From Macrostomum lignano (Eukaryota): 64,000 nucleotides of DNA. Location of the stretch: the NCBI GenBank assembly GCA_002269645.1, contig NIVC01000040.1:1054001-1118000 (forward strand), in the 5' to 3' direction. This document shows positions 22,402 to 52,100 of the stretch, in pieces. Every line of letters starts with the position of its first letter. Position 1 is the first letter of the stretch. A program made the position numbers and the translations under genes. Under the pieces are notes generated by a model that had not been told where the DNA came from, searched no databases, and was given only the letters and a program-made list of their open reading frames with translations.

Positions 22402-22757
22402 TATTTATTCTTCTCGCCAAGCGAGCGACTCTACCAGCATTTTGATGAATTATATTTCAAATTTTAATTATTTTTAAAATTTTAATTATTGGCTATAAAA
22501 ATGATTAGGAAAAAAATAATTTATGCTTTTGTAATCAAGTTTATTAGCTAGGCTTAGAAGTGTTGTTTTGTCCAGCCTTAAGCCTAGATACAGTTTTCTT
22601 GCAATAATATTTTTCCAAAAAATTAAAAGGAGGATAACATATTTTTGTTAAATAAAAATTACATCTGTGCTTTCTGTTGCTGCTAATTATAATTTGATTT
22701 ATTTAATCTATATTAACCTTGTAATACCTTTATGCTATTGCTCATCAGATAATACTA

Positions 22758-23975
22758 ATGACTGGTCCAGCATCTACATCTTCAACAGGCACCGCTGCAT
22801 CAGTGGCTGATAATGCAAAAACTGGCACTGTAGTAGCTATTAACTCGGCTAATTGCAGTCTGAACGACTCAGTCACAGATGCTGAAAGCATCGTGATGAA
22901 GCTGCAACAATATAGAAGCGATATTGTTCGACAGGTGAGTTGGACTATAATACGTTGCTATGTTGCCTACTGTTACTGCTTCTGAGTGACTTTAGCGACT
23001 CTGGGGTGGTCGCCATTCAAGTCTCCCAGAATCCAAGAATGATTGTGTTGGCGCTGAACTTTCGCTAGAGATGTGACTCTTTAATTCATCAAGCGACACA
23101 AATGCGCTTCAAGCGCAACTCGGAGATTCTACAGCCACTCTGGCACGCCTCAAATATGACTCAAGAAACCGTGCAAATCAACATAATTTTGGGTAAACGG
23201 CAGGAGTAACTATGACTGTATTATTGAAGCTAAATACCTCGTCAGCTAAGTAGTGACTGGGCCCTCGGCCGGGTGCTGCGCATGTATGTTCAAAGTGACT
23301 TGGCCGACTCTTTAATGACCTTTTTTCGACTTGTGTCGTGAGATGTCGTTGTTTTAGAGTCGTCTAGAGTCACTTCTTTCATATTTCATAAAAATTGTTA
23401 CTTGCAATCACTCTCGGAGCGCTTCTTTGTCTAGATACCGCTTTCACTGAGTATAACAACAAATTTCACAGGTAGGCGACATTTGCACCCAACGGGCCCA
23501 GCTGCTCGAACAACAACGGCGTCAATGCCGCGAATGCGTCGACAGAGAGCGCAGCCAGCTGCCCGGCCGTCAGCTGGCGCTAAACTACGCCGATTATGTT
23601 CGCAGTGTGCAGCTGCCAAGCCTCATCCAGCAGGGCGTCACGTTGCCCGGCGGGATTCAACTGGATGGCGTCGGCGCCGGCGGGGGAGACGCCCGAGGCG
23701 CCACAGCCGGCGCTGCCAGGGGTAAAACGGCAACAGCTCGAGGCGGTCGAACCGCTCGAGGCCGCCAAGCTGGCGCCGCAGCCGCCGCCGCGTTAGCCGC
23801 CGCCGCCGCCTCGTCGACGCGCGGCCGACCAGCCAAATTGCAGATCGTCAATCCGTTCAAATTCAGTCCCGAAGATCTCGAACGAATTGATCCGCGCGAG
23901 GTGCAGAAATTGCGCGAACTATTCGACAAATTGGCCTGTCTGTTTGGATCCGATTCCGGCGTCGGGTCGCGCTGA
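22758..23975 (+). CDS. Orphan two-exon gene (22758-22934, 23472-23975), ~226 aa, unknown function
   Basis: Donor CAG|GTGAGT and acceptor TTTCACAG|GTA are both phase 0. The join gives one open frame ...DIVRQ|VGDICTQRAQLLEQQRRQC...KLRELFDKLACLF..., with GC-rich coding-like sequence. Upstream exons are possible. Confidence 0.65.
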
Positions 23976-24969
23976 TTGCAGCTTGTTTTTCCCCTAACTA
24001 TCTAAACTACTGCTAGCGATGCATGTTCAAGTAGTATCGAACACATTTTACTTTTGTTCTATCATCTATTTTACTAAATTACTTCGTTTATTTTTTCTAC
24101 TAGCTCTGTAGTAGTATAGACAGGTTATTGTCCGATTTTTTTGCTTGACACCTAATAAGCCCGTGTTTAAATGCTAACTTGTATTGACTCAGTTTATCAT
24201 TCATAAAAGAAATTATTAACGCAATAATTACTACTGTAAGTATATTCGCTTATAGTTAGGACTGTACTTTGCATTTTGGTCTATTTCTCAATCGATTCGT
24301 TTTAATTAATGCATTTCGATTCATGTTTATTTAAAAAAAGTACATGATGTGCTGCAGCGAGGGTAAAACTTCTCATTAGGAATAGTTCTGAACAAGTATA
24401 TATTAATATATTATTTTTATATCAAATACAACACCAAATCGCTAACGGCTGCGATGCTAAACTGAATAGTGATGTGTGCCGCATTTTTCTAATGTGTAGC
24501 TTGTGCATTAGACACTGTCGGTGCTTGTGTGCAAATTTATTCATTTAAATATTCAATTGTCAATTCAGGTTTCTTTGTTATTTCAATAATAATAGCGTAG
24601 TTAGGTTATAAAAGTTATTAACTAGTCAAATCTATTCACACTTGATGGCAGCTTGACAGTTGAAGCAGCTGGGTTACACTTCTCATCCTGTATCCGCGTT
24701 TTATCAGACAAGCTGCTGAAAAATTCAGATCAGTGTAGAAAAAAGCTTTGCCTTGCTAGTGACAGATCGTGGTCTGTCTCTTTCTTGCACATCGAGTTCA
24801 AGCTGACACAAATCTCCGTTATCTAGATCACTCAACACGGAGCAAAGCAAAGGCTCTGGTTTTTTTGTTGAAAAATTTGATTCGATGCAGACATGTTTTC
24901 TAAAGCATAAGGGGTGGTTAACGCGTCCGAATCGCGCCACTGTGCGAAGGTTTTAACTCTGTGTGTGCC

Positions 24970-25112
24970 AACTGAGTCACTGAGTGATTTTTCGGTCTCT
25001 CACTGAGTGCTTGTCTGGCCTCTTACTATGTACCTCTGTGGCCTCACTGGAGTGCTTCCCTGGCTTCTCACTGAGTGCCTCTCTGGCCCTCACTGAGTGC
25101 TTCTCTAGCTTC
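24970..25112. repeat. Degenerate ~20-bp tandem repeat (CTCACTGAGTGC core)
   Basis: About six imperfect copies visible. Confidence 0.6.
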
Positions 25113-25559
25113 TCAAAATTACTTTAATCAGGTCTCAATTTCAAGCAATGTACTTAGTCAATTATAAGCGCAAAGGATTGTATCCGCGGGGGTTTAATTG
25201 TGACGTATATGCCTGACGTTGAGAACGTATGTACGAACCAACGGATGCCCGCTTGCGTGCTCAGGGGTTCACTCAGAGAATTTTTTGTAACAAGTGAAAA
25301 CCTGCAGCTTTCGAAGAAATCGTGATAGTCATACAGAATTTCCAATTATAATTTTATCTGCCTCAGTCGGTACGTGACTTCAAGTGACGATTTTTACAAC
25401 AAGACGGGCTGCAGAAATTCAAATCCTGCATGATAAATGAAGTATTTATAGAAAAACCTCTATGTCAATTGTCTTGCTCATTTTCAATCAAACCTGGGCT
25501 AGGGTGCATAACCTTTGCCTACCTAGTGACAACCAGCTGCTACGAGCTGATCGGTTCTT

Positions 25560-26963
25560 CTACATCACTTTGTCGAGTTCGAATCTTTCAGCAGCCTCCT
25601 GTCCAATCATGCCGGGCTCAATGAGCGCCGTAACTGCGGTGCGCGCGCTGTTGTCGAAAACGGCGCTATTATAGTCGACGTTGACTTCTTGGTCGGCTGC
25701 GTCGCGCCTGACGACGCACTCGAAGTTGTTGTCAGTTTCAACTCTGCGTCCGACGGCGACGCCGCTTCTGCTGAAAGTTCCGCTGCCTGCGGCTTCGTTC
25801 CGAGCCCGACGACGGCGGCAGAAGCAGAGTCCGCTTGCCAGCGAGCGCAGGGCGACGGCCAGCGATTTGCGGAACGAGGCGGACACCAGGCAGTAGAAGA
25901 TGAAGTTGATAGCGCAGCCAGTTACCTGGCTTAGCGTTGTCAGACTGGTCAGTCTCTGCAGTATATAATATGTTCGAATCGCTGCGAATTCGGAGCTCTT
26001 GAGGCGGATGAGCAAAGTGTTGCTAATGTATCTCCTGCACAGCAGGTTGAGTATCTGGCCTGGACTGATTAGCACAAGGAACAGCAAGGTGACGGTCACC
26101 AATAACGGTGTCAGATTATCTGTCTGCTGTACAGCTCCGGCACCGTTGCCTTGCAAACGCGTTGTAGCATCTTCTTGATTGCCATTCTGGGCGTTCAGCT
26201 GGTTGCGCTGTCGCAGACTGGACCTGTAGGCCAGGATTAGGCGGATGTTGCAGACTACGATGCCGAGTAGAGGCAACGCGTTTACTAGCAAAATAGTGGC
26301 CCAGTAGTAAATATAAGCGTGCCATTTCATGCCAGGGTCCAGCTCTTTCCTCCGGTTGAAAGTGTAGCACGAGTTACTGTTGATCGAGTTGTCTATTGTC
26401 GCTTCGTATTTAAAGAAATCAGGGAAATGCAACACAACAGCGGCGACAAAAACGATGCCAATTGAGACGCGCAGTTTTTTCCGGTTGAGCCAGTTGCGCG
26501 ACTGCAGCGGCCGCCAGACAGCCAGATAGCGGCAAACCGTAATTGTTAAAGTGAGCCACACGCTAGACGCCATGAAAATGTTGGCGAAAGCCTGGCCAAG
26601 AATCTGCGAATAAAGCAGACTCAAAGATGAGCATTGCGGTCTGGTCTTGCTGATCGGCAGCGAGCTCAAACAGATGCACAAATCCGACACGGCTAGGGCC
26701 ATCAGCGACTGCGACATGGAGCTCTCCAGCCTTGCTGGTCGGCCTCCTAAACCATCTCCGCTAGCTACGCCGCCGCGCTGTTGTCGCTTGCAGGGCTTAG
26801 CGAAGGCTAAAACTGTGAGCAAGTTGCCAGCGATGCCCAGCAGGCAGACGGACCGGAGACCGATGCCCAGACAGACTGATTCGAAATCACGGAAATTCCG
26901 TATGGCGGCGGCCACTTGTTTGACAAAATCGCTGCTGTCATTCTTGCCGCCTGACTCGAGCAT
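25560..26963 (-). CDS. Intronless rhodopsin-class (class A) GPCR, FMRFamide/peptide-receptor-like, ~467 aa
   Basis: Seven hydrophobic helices with class A motifs: GIAGNLL (TM1), LAVSDL (TM2), TVCRYLAV (DRY variant), LLFLVLISPGQ (TM6), AINFIFYCLVSASFR (TM7/H8). Start set at MLESGG; the upstream extension in the ORF track is AT-rich and probably non-coding. Confidence 0.9.
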   Translation of the reverse strand: MLESGGKNDSSDFVKQVAAAIRNFRDFESVCLGIGLRSVCLLGIAGNLLTVLAFAKPCKRQQRGGVASGDGLGGRPARLESSMSQSLMALAVSDLCICLSSLPISKTRPQCSSLSLLYSQILGQAFANIFMASSVWLTLTITVCRYLAVWRPLQSRNWLNRKKLRVSIGIVFVAAVVLHFPDFFKYEATIDNSINSNSCYTFNRRKELDPGMKWHAYIYYWATILLVNALPLLGIVVCNIRLILAYRSSLRQRNQLNAQNGNQEDATTRLQGNGAGAVQQTDNLTPLLVTVTLLFLVLISPGQILNLLCRRYISNTLLIRLKSSEFAAIRTYYILQRLTSLTTLSQVTGCAINFIFYCLVSASFRKSLAVALRSLASGLCFCRRRRARNEAAGSGTFSRSGVAVGRRVETDNNFECVVRRDAADQEVNVDYNSAVFDNSARTAVTALIEPGMIGQEAAERFELDKVM

Positions 26964-28143
26964 TGCGATTTTGGAGTAAAATCTGTGAATTGGTGAGTTG
27001 GTATGGAGCTTGAGCATCTGGATTGATTTGTTTTTCAAGTTCAAATAGATGATTGTGTGGTGATTCCTAATCAAAATGATTTTAAACTTTTTTTCGCCGA
27101 TTAAATTGATGAATCGAATATTGGACATTGGATTCTGGATACTCGTACGCAGGCACAGTGGACTCATTTTTTGATTTTCACGCATTGTCAAGGACTCTTG
27201 TCAAATCGAAACCGCGCGGATTTGGACGCGTTAATTAATCGTTGAACTGATGTTTGTCCAAAAATAGGAGCAAGCGCCTGGCATGTAGTTGTCCAAAGTC
27301 AATGCCAAACCAAGGCGCACTGAAAGCTGTCTTGAAAACTTTTAATCAAAAGGAAAGCGGATTAGCTACAGACCGGGAACTGGGACTGCAGCTGTACGTA
27401 GGAAGTCCTATTGATTAGTAGAATAAACCTTAAATAGTCGACGCTAGTTTATCTAGTTCAAAGCGGCGAAAACCGATCTAAAATGGTACAATCTTGGCTG
27501 TACAATTCCGTTTTCAGTAAGCCAACATCAAAGTATTTTAAGTAAGAGATGCATCGGAATCGCCCAATAGTTATGCAGGATTATGAACCAACTGTGCGGT
27601 AAACGCAGTCACAAGTTAGTTTCGAGCGTAGTTTAAATACGAGTTTGAATCGTAAGACGTCTATGCAAAAGTGTGACTTTAATATTGAATATTGAATTAT
27701 TTTATTTAATAACTTCATTTAACAATAAGGCTAGCGCAGACTCGTGACAAGGTTAAAAAACTACCGCAGATTTTTGCTGTAGAACTTAATTAACTGTAAT
27801 GACTTACCAGCGTGCCTATAAGCAGGGAATGTGTTGTTTCGAAAGTTGGCGGTAATTAAAAATTTTTGCTCCTGCTTTTCCACGACTGTATTAACTTTAA
27901 CTTTATCCATTCAGCTTTACATGTTAGCAAAAACATATAGCTTATCTAGTGCTCAGTTATTGGCTGTGCAGGAATTCTTGTTGGCTGATCTGTCAATCCA
28001 ACCAATCGCACATCGAACTAGGAGTTGTCGCCTTGTTTGATTTTGCTGAAGCATTGAATCCATCTTTTCTAAGCATGTTCTATGAGAGTTCAGTTTGACA
28101 GTCTTATCAAATCAACGTCAGCCAACTTTTAAAAAATTATTTA

Positions 28144-29329
28144 AAAGGGGCACTAGATAAGTTTTTAGCCGCGGTCAAACTGTTTATTCAAATTAGGCCA
28201 TATTTTCTGAGCATATTTGAATAAGAAGTTTTATCATGATCCCCAAAGTTTCATGCACCTATTTGTCACCATTCTCTCACTGTCGCATTTTATCTCAACA
28301 AGGTCTGTGACTCTTTCAGCGCTGTAATGGAGCTAAATCGTGAACACTTTCACGCCATGATTTTCTACGATTTTAAGAGCGGCTTGACATTTCACCAGTG
28401 CCACGAGCGCGGCTGTCTGCTGCCTTTCCTAACCTTGCACCGTCCACCGTCACCGCCTGGTTCCGGGAGTTCAAGCGTGGCCAAGACAGCTTGAAAGACG
28501 AATTTCGAACCGGCCGACCTGTTTCAGTGACGACTCCTGAAACTTCGACCGCGTGCGACGCATGATTGAGGCTGATCGGCGAGTGACGTATCAAACGATT
28601 GAGGCATTTCTTGGTAGCTCATCGCCGACAGTCGCTTCTATCCTTCGTGATCACCTCGCTGTCCGCAAGCTGATCAGTCGCTGGGTGCCGCATTTGCTCA
28701 CCACCGAGCAGAAGCAGGCCCGTATGAGCTGGTGCCAGGAAATGCTGGACAGGTTTGGCGGAGGGACGTCGAAGTCTGTCACAGACATTGTCACATGTGA
28801 CGAAACGTGGGTGTATTGCTACGAACCCGAGCGGAAATGCCAGTCGCGTGTGTGGGCTTTTGAAGATTAAGCCCCGCAGACCAAGGTTGTCAGGGGTCGG
28901 AGCACTGGCAAGCAAATGGTGGCAATTTTCTTCTCCGAAAGACTGGCACTGCTCCGTCTGCCTGCCGCGTGTCATCAGCAGCCTTGAAGAGGCGCGGCCA
29001 AAGTGCGGCGTTCGAGGTCTCTGGCTGCACGAGGACAACGCCAGTGCGCACACGGCGAATTGAACTCGAGAGTTTCTACAGACGGTGGGCTTCCAACAGC
29101 TCAGTCATCTACTATATTCACCTGACCTGGCACTGTGTGACTTTTGTTTCCATCCATCAAGAATTCCATGCGAGGGTGCCGATTTTCCTCCGCCGAAGAG
29201 GCTGTTGATGCCTATAGATCGGCCGTTGAGGGGGTATCCCACTCAGAGTGGCGCCACTGCTTTGAAACTTGGTTTGAGCGGATGAGGCGGTGTATCCAAG
29301 CTGATGGAGAGTACTTTGAAAAGCTCTGA
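28144..29329 (+). mobile_element. Mariner transposon relic (pseudogenised transposase 28327-29329)
   Basis: TA plus left end AAAGGGGCACTAGATAAGTTT. Motifs MELNREHFHAMIFYDF, WVPHLLT, TCDETW, LHEDNA, YSPDLALCDF and the C-terminus GEYFEKL are split by frameshifts and a stop. No right TIR found. Confidence 0.88.
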
Positions 29330-30808
29330 AAGTTTCATCTTTATCAGTAGAAAGACCATGGGGGTGTATTTCAAATACACATTTTTCATTTGTCTGGATC
29401 TCGAAGAATATTCAACAAATTGACATGAAAATCCAGAACACGGGCTAAAATTTTCCGCTTTATTCGATGGAGCAACTTCGAGAATCACGAAAAATCTGCA
29501 TCGTCAAGATATTCAACGATTCTCCTCGGGGTGTCAGGTGGCAAAAACCACCAACATTGGCAATTTTTTCTGCTCACAAAATTTCATCATGAAACCACGT
29601 CGTCTCAACAAACTATGCAAATCAGTCGCAGGGACTTTTGCTTTCAGCATCCCAGGCACCAGGGTCCCATTCATCTCCGTCTGGAGCATCGGCGGCGACC
29701 GTCGGGACCTTCAAAAAAAGCACCCGATCGGCATCTCAGAGACGGCTGCGTTCCCAAAACTGAAATGGAATAATCCTCTTCTGCATGCAGCATTCAGTCA
29801 GTAGACATAATCGGTGAATGAAATCGACGATGGCGACCCTTTAGGCTGACCTGTAGACATACAGGCGACCTTCGGGACCTTCAACGGAGTGCTACCTTAC
29901 AGCCCCGATGAGCCAAACAACGATGCAAACACAAAAGCCAAAAAACTAAGCCTACATAAGAGAGGCTGAAGCCTCCATAATCCAGCAAGCACAAGCACTA
30001 ACAAAGCCTGTTTACTCTTTGAAAAACAGTCGAGTTTTTGTTTAAATAATATAAAAAGTGGATACGGTAATATGCGCATGCATGTGCATTAACGAAATTG
30101 CATCTGCAGATACGGCACAAAATGTTAGTCTTGTTTACTCTTTTGAAAAAGACCAAATCTAGCTCTTTGTCTTGCGCTGATTAAAGAAAACTATGCATGC
30201 ACATCAGTAGATATAGGTGTAGGTTTAGGCCAACTAAAAAATTCAAGTCACTGCGAGGGCAAAAAGAAAAGAATTCGCGTAGCAGCTAAGCACTCGCTTG
30301 TTGACCCTGGCACTGTTTAAACTGTCAGACCTTCTTTCACCCACACAAGCGCTGCTCAAAAGCTGAACAAAAATAAGAGAGTTTGAGTGCACGGCCGTTT
30401 TTCTGTCTCTCATCCCATCGCACGCGTTGGCCCTATAGCTGCTATTCAAGTCAAGATCTGCTGCTAGATTTAAAGAAAAGATTAAGCGGTTCTATTTGCG
30501 GGCCTGATGACCTGCCGAGCCCCCCTGGCAGCTACTCGTAAGGAGAGTAGAGAATAGGTATAGAGAGAATGAATTGAAATGCAAAAACGAGAGCAAAATC
30601 GCGAGGCCGCCCACTGAGCTCCATTCAATTAATTTCTATCTGTACATTCTCTTTTGTAGCCCTAAATCCTGAAATACGAGCTACCAAGCCTGAATTATTT
30701 TTAGTAAAGCTCTGCACACCTGAGCGTTAACGAGTGTATAGCTACACGCTAACCGTATCGAGCAACCTACAAGAATCAACCGACAACCTGCCAATCGAAG
30801 GCAGATCG

Positions 30809-47532
<16,724 letters not shown>

Positions 47533-48121
47533 AGAACTTTAACTATATTCTCGAATATGTTCAAGTACAGCATGCTTCACTTAAATATGCTTAGTAGTTT
47601 TTCTTTTTAAAGTTTGCAAAAGATTAGAGAAGGCTAATTATTTATTATTACTTTTTGTTAGGGAATTAATCAAGAATATCAGAATTTTCTTATTTTGTTA
47701 AAGAAAAAAAATCAATAAAAATTTTGTCTATTTTTCTCTTTAATAAAAATATACATGCATATTGATTGCAGCATGCATCGATCATTTTCATCCACAAAGC
47801 GTTTTATGTAATCAATGAATTTTATTTTTTGCAAAATATCTGCGCATTTCTTGGCTTGCAAGGCAAATGGCTTTTTAATTGGGACAAAAGGGATTTGATA
47901 GTGAGTTCTATTTTCCTACTAGACTAGTTCATGCAATTTTCCCGTTTCGGAGCTGCCTCAATCAAGCATTTTTGAGTGCGACTCAATAGGCCTCTGTAGA
48001 GCATGTATGAACCGTTTATTTGTTCATTTTTTTAATTGAAAAATAATTGCGGAGGCTTCTACTGTTTGCTGTCGGTTAAATTTTATGCAGGAATAATCTA
48101 GTGTCACGTGCTTGCCGCGTG

Positions 48122-48392
48122 TATGTGTGTTTCACAATGACTGCAGATGTGTATTTCACAATGACTGCAGATGTGTGTTTCACAATGACTGCAGATGTGT
48201 GTTTCACAATGACTGCAGATGTGTGTTTCACAATGACTGCAGGTGTGTGTTTCACAATGACTGCAGATGTGTGTTTCACAATGACTGCAGATGTGTGTTT
48301 CACAATGACTGCAGATGTGTGTTTCACAATGACTGCAGATGTGTGTTTCACAATGACTGCAGATGTGTGTTTCACAATGACTGCAGGTGTGT
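48122..48392. repeat. 24-bp minisatellite (TGTGTGTTTCACAATGACTGCAGA), ~11 copies
   Basis: Direct reading. Degenerate copies also occur at ~48590-48700. Confidence 0.95.
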
Positions 48393-49144
48393 GCGTGTGT
48401 TGTAAATAGCATCAGTTTCGCTCTCGCGTGCGCGTGAACTTATGTGTTTTATGCTCAGTGTGCAATCGCTAGTGTACATGCAAAATCAAATATAAAATAT
48501 CTCGCTTGGCTTTAGCCACTTCGTGTTTTCTCGGACTAGCTCAAGCCTGCCTTTTGCCTAGTTTACAGTGGTTAACAATGATTTGAAATGTTTGTGTGTT
48601 TTACAATGACCTCGAATGTTTGTGTTTCACAATGACTTCAAATGTTTGTGTGTTTCACAATAATCATAGATGTGTGTGTTTCACAATGACCGCTATAGTG
48701 TGTTTCCCACCAGTGACGGCCGCTTGTGTCCTTTTAACTACCAGAACACTATGGTTGCATATTTTTGTTATTGAAATTGATTTGAAATTTCTTTTAGCTG
48801 TTAGAGATAAACCACACACAGTCTTGATAACGACCTCAATCAAGGGAGAGAGAGAGTGTGGAGAGCTTAAGATTGTCTGAGTCTGAGATAAGGGACACCC
48901 GAGCTCTGTGGCCTGATCCAAGTGCTGTCACCTTTGAACCAATTGACTCAACAGAATGATTGAGCAGCCTTTTAGCGACTAGAAAACTATCTATATTAAC
49001 CCGAGCCTTGCACTGGTTCTGCTCAGATTTCAACTCACCTGAGGTTGGCTGTTGTCTATTCTCAGAAATATTTTTTCAATCTGTTTATTAATTGATTGTA
49101 TCGATCTTGCCTTCAGCTTGACATCCAACAAGACTCGTTTGAGA

Positions 49145-52100
49145 ATGCCGCCGATCAAATTGGCCATAGTAACGCTTTTGTTGCTGCTGCCGAGTCTTGT
49201 TGTCACCTCGCCAACAGAGAAGGCAACTAAAAAACAGCCGAACATCCTCATATTGCTGGTGGACGACTTGGGCTTCGGCGACATCGGTGAGTCCTTCTTT
49301 TTTGTAGAAATGTTTTTAAGGCCGTCCTAAAAGAAAAAATAATTAATTTAATTAATTTTCATTTCTCAATTCTTGAATGCTTTAAATTTATTCTAAGATA
49401 GTTTAACGTCTTGCCAGTGGCATGTCAGGCCGGCGCACTTAAAGCGACATTGTCACACAACTGGCAAGAAGCATTGCTGCCCCCATTCCGCCGACTCCCC
49501 TGAGCAGGCACACAAGCGCGCGGATACGTACGCAGTCATACGCACAGGCACACTCACACAGGAGTGTACAGCGGCCCTAACTTTATTGATCGTTAGGCAT
49601 GTACACTTCACAGTGCCTTGGGGGTTGGCCCTCAAGCTGGGCATTAATTGCACGAGCAGAGCCAAGCCGAGATCCCAATCTAGCCCAAAAATAATGCGAC
49701 TGCACTTGGAATCGAGCCTGGGCCGCTGGCACACCAGAGTGCCGCGCTGGACGACTAGGCTACGGCCGACCTTATTCGAATATTACTTTAGCTTTGTTTG
49801 CAAAACGGTTCAATGCTTTACCAAAAATTTCCTTCTAACCTCGCAGGCGCCAACGGTAACACCACAATTCGAACGCCGAATGTTGACAGAATCGCCAAGG
49901 AAGGCGTCCGGCTGTCGCACCACCTGACAGCCGCGCCAGTTTGTACGCCGAGTCGGTCGGCACTGCTGACGGGAAAATATCCCATTAGGATGGGCATGGT
50001 GCCCAGCATCCAGATGCAGGTGTTCCCGTTCACGGCTAGCCAAGCCGGTTTGCCAACTAATGAGACCACTTTTGCCAAGGTGGCTCAGCGGTCTGGCTAC
50101 CGCACCGGACTGATTGGTGAGCGATCGACCGCTTAGGGTCTTCATGCATTTTTTGTTGTAAATTTTAATTATTGGGTTTGAAGAGATTGTGCTGTGGGGA
50201 CTTGTTTTGCGTGCTGAGTGTGAGGGATTGTTTTGCGGTGGTGGGTGTGAGGGCTTGTCTTGGGGTGATGGATGTGAGGGGTTTGTCTTGGGGTGGTGGT
50301 TGTGAGGGGTTTGTCTTGGGGTGGTGGTTGTGAGGGGCTTGTCTTGGGGTGGTGGGTGTGAGGGGCTTGTCTTGGGGTGGTGGGTGTGAGGGGCTTGTCT
50401 TGGGGTGGTGGTTGTGAGGGGTTTGTCTTGGGGTGGTGGTTGTGAGGGGCTTGTCTTGGGGTGGTGGGTGTGAGGGGCTTGTCTTGGGTGGTGGGTGTGA
50501 GGGGCTTGTCTTGGGGTGGTGGGTGTGAGGGGCTTGTCTTGGGGTGGTGGGTGTGAGGGGCTTGTCTTGGGGTGGTGGGTGTGAGGGGCTTGACATGTGT
50601 CACGTAACGTACATGTATGCATTGTGTGCCCGATCCGCCACTATTGCGCAACTACACAACCAGGAAAGTGGCATTTGGGCGCCCACTGCAGCAACAGCAA
50701 AGACTTCTGCCACCATCCGAACAACCACGGCTTCGACTATTTCTACGGCTGCCTGCTGACTCTGTTGAAAGATTTCAGCGGCCTAGGCGAGTCGATCCTA
50801 CATTCGCGATTTCCTCACTACTACAGGAACATCAGCCTCACACTGCTGGCTACATTGGCTTCTCTCGGTGTGGGCTACAAAATTGGCATCCTGCCCAGAA
50901 AACTCTGCATATTCTTAGCTTTGCTGGGCGTCCTTGTTACCGGATTCCTATTCTGCCTGCCGGGTTACCTAGTCCGCACCGTGAACAGCCAGCTTCATCG
51001 GCAAACCGAGCTGGTTGAACAGCCAATTCGATTTGAGAAACTGACCCAGCGGCTGGTCTGGGAAGGCGAAGAGTTCCTTGACAAGGCGGTGGACGAGGGA
51101 AAGCCGTTTCTGCTATTCATGTCTTTCCTTCAGGTTCGGAGCTGACTAATTTTACTAGCTTTTGCCTCATTTTTCATTGGGGTAGCGGTGCTCAAGAGGT
51201 GTGAGCTATCCGATTGAGTCTGGGGTAGCGGTGCTCAGGAGGTGTGAGCTATCCGATTGAGTCTGGGGTAGCGGTGCTCAGGAGGTGTGAGCTATCCGAT
51301 TGAGTCTGGGGTAGCGTTGAATTTCAAATAGTTAATGCTTGGCCCCCGTTCTTCCAAAATGCCGCAGGTGCACTCCCCGTTGTACAATTCGGTACCCGGA
51401 TATCGGGGTCGCAGCGCCCACGGCTGGTACGGCGACAACATCGAAGAGATGGACTGGTCCGTCGGCCAGATCCTCGACGCTCTGGACAAGCGCGGCCTGT
51501 CCGACGACACCATCGTGTACTTCAGCTCGGACAATGGCGGCCACATCGAGGAGACGACGCACACGGGCGAGCGGGCCGGCGGCCACAACGGCATCTATCG
51601 GGGCAGCAAATGTCAGGGCGCCGTTGACGGCGGCATCCGCGTGCCTGGACTGCTGCGCTGGCCTGGCGTCATCCCGGCTGGCAGTCAGAGCAACGCGCTG
51701 ACCTCCCAGATGGACATCTTCCCGACTCTGCTGGAGGCCATGGGCCAGCCGGTACCGTCGGGCATCGACGGTCGCAGCATCACAAAGCTCCTGCGCCAGC
51801 CTCAATCAACAAAATCGCCTCACGACTTTCTGTTTCAATACTGCGGCACCTTGCTGCACGCGGTGCGTTGGAACTCGCCCGAGGGGGTGCTCAAGCTGCG
51901 GCACTACTCCCCCAACTGGCTGCCCGGCACTGAGGGCTGCCGCTACATCTGCGGCTGCATGGAAGGCCTCGGCAGCGTTCGACACTCGGTGCCGCTGCTG
52001 TACGACCTCAGCACCGACGAGCGCGAGACCGCCATCGTCCCCGCCGACTCGGAGCGCTACCGCCGTCTGGTGCCGCAAATTCTCGAAGCCGAGAGGCGTC

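Noticed and set aside
27941-27952. 12-bp inverted match to the mariner TIR at 28150-28161
   Set aside because: It lies upstream of the left end and is short. It may be chance or an unrelated fragment.
30504-30540. Hammerhead ribozyme core (CTGATGA plus a stem)
   Set aside because: The required GAAA after stem II is missing.
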